Below are positions 26,556 to 38,452 of a stretch of DNA of 64,000 bases, one piece after another. The DNA is from Octopus vulgaris. Taxonomy: Eukaryota. A program made the position numbers and the translations under genes. The notes beneath the pieces are model-generated. The model was given only the letters and a program-made list of their open reading frames with translations, was not told where the DNA came from and searched no databases. Position 1 is the first letter of the stretch. Every line of letters begins with the position of its first letter. The stretch lies in assembly GCA_951406725.2 (NCBI GenBank), contig OX597823.1:71610001-71674000 (forward strand), given 5' to 3'.

Positions 26556-29500
26556 ATTATAATTAGGGTTCAGCTAACTGCTTCACCACATACCGAAATT
26601 AGAAAAAGGAGTTAGAAATTCCTTTCCTGCTACTATAAGAATCTCCATGATGGTAAACATACTTTTTTATGAAGGTAAAGAGAAAAACAATGAATCAACA
26701 TGACCAGGATTAATTATATACGCGTTTTGAGATTAAAGTAATTTGAATTTTACTTACTTCTCTCTTCAGTATAATATTTCCCATTTTTTAATAAAATTTG
26801 AAAGTATTATACTGAAGAGAGAAGTAAGTAAAATTCAAATTGCTTTAATCTCAAAACGCATATATAATTAATCCTGGTCATGTTGATTCATTGTTTTTCT
26901 CTTTACCTTCGTAAAAAAAGTATGTTTACTGTCATGGAGATTCTTATAGTAGCAGGAAACGAATTTAAAACCCATTTTTCTGCGCTGGCAAACTTTACAC
27001 ATATCTGTTGTACCACCAATTACAATCTAATTTAAATCTTGTCTATGAGATCCAACATCCAGAGAATCTGATTTTATTTATACTAATATATCAATTAAGT
27101 ACAAACAGTTAAGGGAACTATTTTGCTCTCTTTGCTAACAATAATAATCATGAGAAAATCCTCAGGGTTAACTTGACATACCATACTTTATATGTTGAAG
27201 GATACCAGCTAATTTAGGACCTTATATTTTATGCCATGCACAAGGGAAGTATTTTGCTGTCCTTGATAATAATAATCATGGAAAATCCTCAGATTGACTT
27301 GACATACCACACTATATATGTTGAAGGGTACCAGCTAATTTAGGACCTTATATTTTGTTCTGAAAAAGATTTTTAAAAATATAATGTATAAACTTACTTT
27401 TGATGAAGCAGTGCTTATAGCACTCTCTTGTTATGAAACAAGGAGATTTTAATAGCTGCCTGATGTTCATTCTGTTAATATTCACTTTGAAATCTTTTAG
27501 ATTAGTTTTTGTTGGAATGACAATAAATATTAATGAAAATCATGGAAATAAGGATAGATCCAGAAGCAACAACCAGGTAATGTGTTTGGGGTGGCACACT
27601 GGAAAGACAAGGACAAATGCATTAAATGAGTTTAGGCACAAACAGATAACAGTTTGCAAATTCAACAGAACAAATAATAATACTGTAATAGCGTAAACAA
27701 AGGAAGTCCATGCACAAGTGGTTATTGAGTATTATTGAATGACAATCTGCATGCAGAAGATATTTTATTTCTTTATGGTATAAGAAAGATGGGGAAGCAC
27801 AAAAACATAAGCAATTAGTCTTTTTCAAATAAAATCTGTCACTCAGTTTAATTCTTGGTAGTAGTTATTTCATATGGTCTATAAATGGCTTTGAGAGAAC
27901 TTTGAGTATCACAACTTTTACTCCCTAGTCATGGGAGTATCACTGATCTCAAAAGGTTGCTCAAGCAATTAACCCAATTAATTTTATTGAATAATTCAGA
28001 ATTTATTTTTTAGGATCAGAATGTAAGTGTTCCAAATGTAATCTTAGCTGAGTTGTGTCTATCATTAGCAGTTATATTGGTCTGGGTTATTTTCTGGCTC
28101 TGAAAACAAACCCAGTATTCTTGATGCATGCATAACTATGTAACGAAAATATAATTAATGTAATTATAATATTTCTAATATAGAAGTTGGAATCTGTTTT
28201 TGGTATTTATAGGTCACAAATGAAATTACTCGGCAAATGATAGAAATGAATGGATTCTATAACCTTGAAAAACCTGGAGAATTTACAACAATTACTGATA
28301 TCCAGTTGTTGGCTGCAATGATTCATCCTGGAGGAGGCCGAAATGATATTCCTCAGAGACTCAAACGTCAGTTCTCTATCTTTAACTGTACTCTGCCTTC
28401 AAACAATTCTGTTGATCAAATTTTTCAAACTATTGGTTGTGGACATTTTTGCAAGGTACAGACATTTTACAACACTTTTAAATGCTTTGTATTTGTTGCC
28501 AAACTTTTTTCCTCTGACTATCTTTAAATTTAGTAAATAGAAAAGTTCTCCTCTTAAGTATTAACACTCACCACTACTTTTCTAACAGCAAAATATATTT
28601 AACCCTTTTGTTACTGTATTTATTTTGAGATGCTCTGTGTTTCTTTCAATTACTTTTAGATATAACAAAGAATTTAGTAAAATAGCTTAGTTATCATTTA
28701 GCTAGTGTTAGGAACATAAATTGTGACTAAGGTTTGGTGGAAGATTTTAATTCAAAACTCATGAAAACAAGACATTTGTACTCAGAGCCAGAGCCAGTTT
28801 CAGCCAGGTTGGTAACAAAAGGGTTAATGGGTTGCTTTCTGTTTTTTTTTCCTTTTACTTTCTGACGTTTTATTCATTTTTGCTGAGATACAATTTACTA
28901 GTTTCCATGGATTCCAGTTTTTTTTGTTTTATTTTAAATACATATTAATATATCATCATTTTGTGTCCGTTTTCCATGCTGGCATGGGTTAGACAATTTG
29001 ATAGGAACTAGAAAGCTGGAGAGCTGTACCAGGCTTCAGTCTGATTTGACATGATCTCTACAGCTGGATACCCTTCCTAACACTAACCAATCCAAGAGTA
29101 TAGTGGGTGCCTGTTACACATCACCAGCACTGGCTATGACTATGATTTCACTTGGCTTGACATGTCTTTTCAAGTACAGCAAATTGCCAAAGGTCTCAAG
29201 CGCTTGTCATTACCTCCAAAGATCATGCTTCACCACCTCATGCCATGTCTTCCTGGTCTACCTCTTCCACAAATTCCCACTACAGTTAGAGATCAGCACT
29301 TCTTTACACAGCTGTCCTCATCATGCATATGCATCACAACACCATGCCAGCCAGTTTTCTCTCTTGCCCACTAAATCTGATGCCCCTTATGCCCAATATA
29401 TCTCTCAAGATGCTTACACTCTCTTGTAGATGTACACTGATATTGCTCATCCGGTGAAGCATACTAGCTTCATTCTTTCAAGCTTTCACATGTCCTCTGC

Positions 29501-31106
29501 AGTCACATCCATTGTTTCACTACCATATAGCATGGAATCTGCCTTTCACTCTGGGGAAGAGGCCCTCTATTATCAACAAAAGTAGAAGTTCTCTGAATTT
29601 TGCCCAGCCTATTCTTATCCTAGCAGCTATGCTCTTGGAGCTCCCACCTCCACTACTGACATGGTCATACAGATAATGTAAGCTAACGACTATTTCTAAG
29701 TGTCTCTCCTGGCATTTGACGAAGTCTATTTTCTCTTCATTTATAGTGTTCATTTTACTCATATATCTGCCAGACACAAAGACTACTTTCTCTGTTAACC
29801 TTCCTCTGATATTGCTAACTATTCTCCTTAGCTAAAAGGAATGTTATGCTCAGTTTTAGAAGTGTAATTTATAATAGTTAACAGGTGCTGGATCACAAAC
29901 TTATATGAAGTGAAAACGAAAATAATTCCTACCTTTCTTTGGTTCAATAGTAACAAAAATTATTTGAATTAACTAAATTGAAAATCATCACTTCACATGA
30001 ACTCATGTTAGGACGGTAATAGTGGTGGAGATAATGATATTTTTTATTAAACTGGAAAATTTATTATATTTCCCCACTGAATTGGGAATGAATCTACATT
30101 TTTCATTTGTTAATAAGTTTTCATTACAACGATACACTAAAATTATTATTTGCATTCCATTTACCTGTTGTATTTAACAAAGCTTGAATTACTTCAAGGA
30201 CTAGGGTGCATGCTACTTGTTAAGGCACTAGAATGCTGACTAACTGGTTAGCAATTCAAATTTGCACTCTGCTCTTTATCAAAATGCATTACTCTGTTTC
30301 ATTCATCAGCTGACAGTAGCTACCTTTTTCAGTTCAAAACTGAGTTGATTCAAGTACAAGTATACACCAATCTGCAAAACCACAGAACCCCAGAATGTTC
30401 TCAAGTATTGAACCTGGAAAAGTACAGAACAAGCAGTCATTAAGCCTGGAAAAGTACATAACAGGAAAAGAAAAAAAAACTTAAAATATTGCTTCTGAAG
30501 TTAGAATATTACAACTAAAATAGTAATAAATGCCCTTTTATATTTTATTTTTGCATAAAGTTGAATTAAAATATTCTAGATGCTGTTTATTTTCAATTTT
30601 AGTGAAAAGATTAATTGCCTGCAAGCTTACACATTAAAAATTTGATACTACAAATTTATATATTTAAAACAATCACTTGATAGCAATTCAAGCAAGATTC
30701 ACAATTATAATTCCTAATTTTTCTTTTAAAAAAGGTTAGAATCATTTTAACGTTTTGTACTCAGTTTGTTCATTAGCATTAATTGTCTTAAAATATTTTT
30801 CTTACTTTAAATAGTTTGTCATCTGACGATGCAAACTTTAAAGAAATTAATTCTTTTGTTGCCTTAAAACATTGTTTTTTTACTATTTTCATTTCTTTTA
30901 ATTTATATATACTCTACATGAATTTAATTTTATAACGCAAAATCTCTAATTAAAAATTTTTGGATAATGAGTTTTGTTAAGAAAAGAAAATTAAAAAAAA
31001 TAATGTAATGCTAAAAATAAGTAAGAAATGTTATAGTTTAATACAAAAATTTTTTTTAATCAAAAATATTAACTTAAATTTTTTTTATTTGATGTGAATA
31101 GCAATA

Positions 31107-31151
<45 letters not shown>

Positions 31152-31786
31152 ATAAATCTCAGAGCGAGTTATAAACAGTAGCGGTAACACATCGTGACGC
31201 ATATTTGCCATTTGAATATGGCTAACACCTAAGGGTGGATGCTACTGTAGTTTGTAGCCCCAGGAAGATATCTCCTCCAGCTGGCTATAGACACACTATC
31301 TGTGCCCTCTCAATATCTGTGAAGGGAAGTCATGCTCCCCGTCTTCAACTCATGATACACACGGACTCGAGTTTCAAGGTGTTTACCTGTCATCCACGCT
31401 TAGGGGTTAGCCATATTCAAATGGCAAATATGCGTCACGATGTGTTACCGCTACTGTTTATAACTCGCTCTGAGATTTATCATTGTTTGATTTCACTTTT
31501 TCAATATCAGTGTCAATCAACACTGGAAAAAGTATATGTATTTGTGAAGGGAGCTGACTTCTCGTCGACAACCATGATTGTCACACGCTGGTGATAGGTA
31601 AACACCTTGAAACTCGAGTCCGTGTGTATCATGAGTTGAAGACGGGGAGGATGACTTCCCTTCACAGATACTGAGAGGGCACAGATAGTGTTTCTATAGC
31701 CAGCTGGAGGAGATATCTTCCTGGGGCTACAAACTACAGTAGCATCCACCCTTAGGGGTTAACCATATTCAAATGGCAAATATGCG

Positions 31787-31831
<45 letters not shown>

Positions 31832-34800
31832 AAAACAGTGTACACACTATCTGATGAACAATTTCAGATATTTATTTATCAAATTCTAACTTCAGCAGCA
31901 ATATTTTATGTTTTTTGCCCTTCTTGTCCTGTACTTTGTCATGTTCAATGCTTAAGAATATTCTAGGATTCTGTGCTTGCATTTTCCATTCTAGTCCACT
32001 TTCTTTCCAGGCAGTGCCTCTGTTGTTATAATAAACAATACTTGTAGAATTGAAAAAAAATGTTACTATTGCAAATATTTTTTAGATACAGATTTTGTTC
32101 AAACTTGGAAATGTTGTTTGCTCACAAAAATAACAAAGAATTAATTAGCAGCATATCTGTTACAAATAAACATGTTATTAAACAATTTTTATTATGCAAT
32201 AATGTTATATTCTGATTAAATAATTAATAATTAGTTATTTTAATGAGGGAATTTTAAAATTTCTATAGGTTTTTAATACATACATATTTTAACAGATAAA
32301 CAGAATAATAATAATCAATATGACATTGCAAAGTATCATAACATTTTGTACGTTTAATATTTATAGACGAAATTTTCTCCAAAATATTTGTCTCAATGAA
32401 CTCTTTCATTTGAGTTCAAATAATTTGTTTTCTTAAAAAGACAAAAATATTTTGATTTCAGTTAAGGCCACACAGCTCTTTTCGTAACTGATATTTTCTG
32501 ACATGGTTTTCAACCACCTCACCAACAACAACACTGAACACCTTTTTGATCTCCATGTGTCTAACACACGTGGACATGCCTACAAAGTCTTGAATACAGA
32601 ATAGCTGTGAATACATACCCTTAGAAAATGGGGAAAACAACTGGCTAGCAAGCTGTTACAGAGTATTGAACCCTGTACCACTCAAATTCCTGTTGAGTAT
32701 ATACACTTTAGATGAGTTAAGTGACCTGACATAACATCAGATTATTATTATTATATTATCATTATAAATATCTTAAAATGATAAAAATATTTGTTAAAAA
32801 TATTTCCTTACTTAAATCCCCCTTTTTTATAGCAAATATTTTTTGATGAGGCTTTTATCATAAGATTCATCTCATAGAACCTTTTCATTTGGACAAAACG
32901 ATTGTATAGTGTCTTTTACAATAGCTGAGATACTTAGATTCAAAATTTTTTCGTTATTTAAAGCCACACAACTTTTTCATAACAAATACTTTTTAATGAG
33001 GTTTCTCCAAAACTGTCTTCCCAATGTGCACATTCTTTCAGACCCAATTAATCTTATACATTTCTGCTAAAATAACAGATATTTTTTATTTAAAGTCAAT
33101 TTTTTGCCTTTCTTTAACATTTTTGACCACACATATTTTGGCCTAACTTTTTTTTTTAATGACCCAAATTTCAGTTATTTTATCTCAAATGTAGCTTTGG
33201 ACTGAACCATCATTGCTAAAGCAAATGCATTCAATTTGGTTGAGAACTGGATTATTGATGAAGCCTAGAACTGTTTTCAATTACTAAAAGCTAACCATAA
33301 GAGTGATACACTACTGTTTTGATAGAAGGCAAGTTTATATTCCTAAAGCAGGATATTCTTTTATATTGTTTTAAATGTTAACAGTCTATATTAATGGATA
33401 GCAGTAAAAATGTAAAATATGTATGAGTAGAAGTGAGTTAGTATTGTATCCTGAATATATAAATATATGTCTCTAGTACAAGAGGGCTTATGTTTCATTA
33501 TGACTAAAGGTAAAATGTATAGACATGTATGCAACAAGTAAATTAACAAACTTGTTTTTTTTTTTGTTTATTTTTTGTAGGAAAGACACTTCCCTGAAAG
33601 TGTTATTGAAATGATTCCTATACTCATACCTGCAACCAGAAAGTTATGGCAAGATATAAAAGTGAAAATGTTACCAACTCCAGCCAAATTTCATTATGTT
33701 TTTAATTTGAGAGATCTCAGTAGAATATGGCAGGTTTGTATGAAATAGTTCAGAATTTATATCCTGTATATATGGAGGTAAAACAGTAGAGTAGATATGG
33801 TGGTAATCTACCAGCTCTGGGTTAATGAATTCAAAATCACTGAAAATATTTTTATTGATTCTGATTAGATGAACTTAATCTACATTTGACCTTATCTGGC
33901 CAATAGTTTTTTTTTTTTTTGCTATGTATATGGGTTTATCTGTTTTGGTTATCAAACTGAACATCACGGAAAGGAAATATTGGTTTCAAAATTTGACACA
34001 AGGCCAGTAATTTCACAGGAGGAGATAAGTTAATTGCATCGACCCCAGTGCTCAGGGAAAAGCAAAGTCAACCACAGCAGAATTTGAACTCAGAACATAA
34101 AGACAGACAAAATGCTGCTAAGCATTTTGCCTGGCATGTTAACAATTCTGCCAGCTTGCCACCTTTGGAGAGGAAATATTGAGAAGATATACTCAATAAG
34201 GATGCACTAGTCTGGCTTTACATTGCTCCACATTATAAAGGATGAATTGTAACAGTGTATTTCAAAGCCTTGACATCAATTTTTGAAGAAAGTGAAGTTT
34301 ACTGATGTAGCCAAAAACATTGACCCTTTTGTTACTGAATTTATTTTGAGATGTTCAGTGTTTCTTTTGATTACTTCAAATATAATAGAGAATTTCGTAA
34401 AATAACTTAGCTATCATTCAGCTAGTGTTAGGAACATAAATTGTGACTAAGGTTTGGTGGAAGATTTTAATTCAAAACTTTTGAAAACAAGACATTTGTA
34501 CTCAGAGCCAGAGCTGGTTTCAGCTGGGTTGGTAATGAAAGGGTTAAAAAGATTAGAGCTCATGATATTTCAGTTAACTTTTTATTATCTTGGTATCTGT
34601 TTAGCTATTTTATTTCTTTATGGTTTGCTTGTATGTATGTACAGAATGATAGGCTGGAGAATAAAGGGTCATTTCTTAATGGTTGTTGCTTAGACCTGGT
34701 TATTCCTTATGCAGCAGACGTATTAGGAAAGGCATTCCAGATATTTCTAATCTAACCTATTAATTTTGTATCATCATGCCAAGAAACCATGCTCCACTAA

Positions 34801-35328
34801 AAAGAAAAGAGTAAATGGAAGTGACATTAGCTCTGGAAGCAACTCAGAATAAAAACATAGCTACAGGGAAGGGATGACTTTTTAGTTTATCAAAGACAAT
34901 CACTTAACAGACTCAAATAATCCATTATATGTCGTAATATGGCTGATGATAGGAATAGCACCAGCCGTAAAATATATACCAAAGACATGACATACGTAAC
35001 AAAGACGGCCAGTTTTCTCATTTGCTAAGAGTGTGCCAGATGATGGACTACGGTGAATGGGGAGATAATTTGAGATTCATCCAACCCTTTCCAACAAAGG
35101 AAAATAATCATAAAATAATGATGATATTTACTCTTTTACTTGTTTCAGTCATTTGACTGTGGCCATGCTGGAGCACCGCCTTTAGTCGAGCAAATCAACC
35201 CCAGGACTTATTCTTTGTAAGCCTAGTACTTATTCTATTGGTCTTTTTGCCGAACCACTAAGTTACGGGGACGGAAACACACCACCATCTGTTGTCAAGC
35301 AATGTTAAGGGGACAAACACAGACACAA

Positions 35329-35373
<45 letters not shown>

Positions 35374-38300
35374 CATATATACAACAGGCTTCTTTCAGTT
35401 TCCGTCTACCAAATCTACTCACAAGGCTTTGGTTGGCCCGAGGCTATTGTAAAAGACACTTGCCCAAGGTGCCATGCAGTGGGACTGAACCCAGAACCAT
35501 GTGGTTGGTAAGTAAGCTACTTATCACACAGTCACTCCCGCGCTGTATATTGTTGACAACAATGAGAATGGCGCATCTAAAGCTACATTATTCAATGTGT
35601 GTGTATGTGTGTGTGTGTGCGCGCGTGTGTTTAAGATGGGGCTTTGACAGAAACCTGTCTGCTATTTCTAGCAGATAGAATGTCTGCCCTGGTGATTGTA
35701 ATCCTCAACAGATGAATGAATTTATAGTAGCAGTCTGATTATATGTTTATATGTTTTGCATCTGAGAACTGATTGGTAGGTTGGCTGAAATAATGACTTA
35801 CTTATTATAACAGATGTTGTATCTCTTCTTTACTTGGTTATATTTTCTGTCTGAATATTTCAGGGTATGTTGAAAAGTGAAGCAGAGGTTATCAACTCAG
35901 CAGAAAGTATTGTTTGTCTTTGGAAACATGAATGCACTAGAGTGTTGGTTGACCGCTTCATCAATGTAGACGATAAGAATTGGTTTGAGAAAGTATCTAA
36001 GGAGGTAATACCCATATCATTGATAAGTGATTTGTATACTTTTATTTTATATTGCAATTGGCAAGCAGCAACACCATCGATTACAAGTTTCTTGTGAGTT
36101 GTCACTGATTCTATAAATGTCCTACAATGAGAGTACCAGGGGAATCTCTGTATAACTTTGTGGAAAACAAATATCAAAAGAAGTAATGCAATTTTTTGGA
36201 GTAGGAGTGATTCTGTGATTTATGTCTTTTGCTAGTATATATTAGTGAAAAATATATACCAACACATACGCACCTGCATCATCATAATTAACCATCATCA
36301 TTGTTTTTAAATTCATTTTTCCATGGTGGTATGAGTTAGATGCATACACATACACACACACATGCATGCATAGCTTTTGTCTACAAGTTTCACTCTCAAA
36401 ACATTGGGCAGTGCAGAGCTATGTTAACAACACTTGTCCTAGGTATCACAAAGTAGGATCAAATCCCAAGCCATGTAGTTTCAAAACAAATTCTTTAACC
36501 ATAGAGCTATGCCTGCTATAGAGTTTCTTTATTTTAAAAATACAACAATTAGCTGTTAATTATTGTTTATTCATTTGAATAATTTTGAATAATTCATTTT
36601 AGCTTATTTTAATTTATCTAACTGGCTGAAAGTAGGTGCCAGTCCACACTTTCATTCACAGACTTTGTCCACATTGGCAAATGCAAAAAGTAACTATCCA
36701 AGTGGATATCATATTGTGGTATGAGATCTGAAGAATTGACTTTCTGTCCACTGTTGGTGTTTCGTTCTGTAATTTGACACTGCACACCTAATTCTTTGTT
36801 TCCTTAATGTTGCCATTATTTAATGTAGAGAGCATTAAGAAGCCAACTTGGAATAGGTATGCAGTAAAGAAAAAATTAAACTATCAGTAAATGACTAATG
36901 CATTTTCTAACATGTTTTGGTTGCTATTCTGACTCCATCAGCAAAGCATCGACTTCGCTGTACTTGCCAAATTAGTAATGAAAGGATCATTTAGAAAACA
37001 TACTTGATTGTACGCACATACTGAAGGAGGGAAATCAAAGAAAGTGCTAAGTAGTCTCAGTTTCACGAAGTTGGTATAAGACTGGACTTGCTGGAAAACT
37101 GAAAATAATATTTATTCATTGATTCATATTGATTTTTCTCAATTTTGGCTAGAGCTAGTCACTATGTATAATACAGCTAAGTTTTCTTAACAATTCTGTT
37201 CTGTCTTTATCTTTCTCTCTCTCTCTCACTCTTTCTTTATATGTGTGGGTATTTTGTCCTATCTCCTCTTCAACCAAAACAACTTACAACTACCCCCACT
37301 GCCTTAGCTATCAACCTATCCACCCCGCCTTCTCTCTCTCTCTATCCACTTCCCTCTGTTTTCTCTCATACACACTTCTACATACCTCAGTACTTCCCCT
37401 CCACTGCCAACTCACCATCATTATTTGATTCTGTCCCTCCAACCCCAACCATTTAGCACTAACTGCTGCCTTGACTATCAACTTACCTCCCCCATTCTGT
37501 CCACCTACCTTCTCTCATGCCTTTCTATATACCTTAGCAATCACCCTTCCATGCCAACCTAACTACTTTCTTTGAATTCCCCCTTAGCCACACTATAAGC
37601 ATTTAATAATTGCCCTCCCCTTTCTCACTGTCTCAACTTCCCATAGTTCTATAGCCATTATCCCTAAACTGTGACACCTTTTCATAAACCAGCTATAACT
37701 GTCTACCCTTCAATTACTCCCTATCCCATCCCTGTCACTCATCTCTCAACTCCCCACCTCTACTCCTACCTCTCTCAATACCCTGATTGTTAACCCTCTC
37801 CTCCACCCCATCTTTGTGAACTAACTTTCTTATCCCACTTCACCCTTCCCTGCCTCAACACCCCCACTGAGTCGCCTACTTCCTCCCTCCAGTACTGCCT
37901 GCTCTCCACATTTAAACAGTTCACTTTTAAAAGTCTCTGCATCATGATCTGAAATGTAAGATATTCCCTACCCTGATGATGGAGACTCAATTCATCCAAT
38001 ATTTATTTGCTTCCATTACAGGCTGCATTTTTTGGTAAACTACATCTATCACCATTATAATGGATCCCCAAACCCCAGAAACAGCTGTCAAACCTGTAAC
38101 ACCTTACTTCATCCTCTTTAATTTTCTCTGTTGTTCCAATACATAAATATCTATGTATTTATACTTAAATATTCATCTTCCGAAAATCTTCAGTCTTTGC
38201 TTTCTTTCTATTTGCATGTATATGTATATATACAAACCCAAACTGTTTTATTTAATTTGTTTATCCACATAATTGCCTCCGTATCTGCTCATCACCTGCA

Positions 38301-38412
38301 TTCCTCTTATAGCCACTCTGAATTGGTCCTTTATGAAAACACAAGAGTTTAAGTTCAAATCATTTGAGGGCTACTAAGTGTTTTTTCTATCAAGAATCTT
38401 TGTATCCCATCT

Positions 38413-38452
<40 letters not shown>

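Noticed and set aside
31235-31749. Near-identical ORFs [11 protein letters not shown] on both strands
   Set aside because: Product of the inverted duplication of a non-coding unit; no domain recognised, GTG start.
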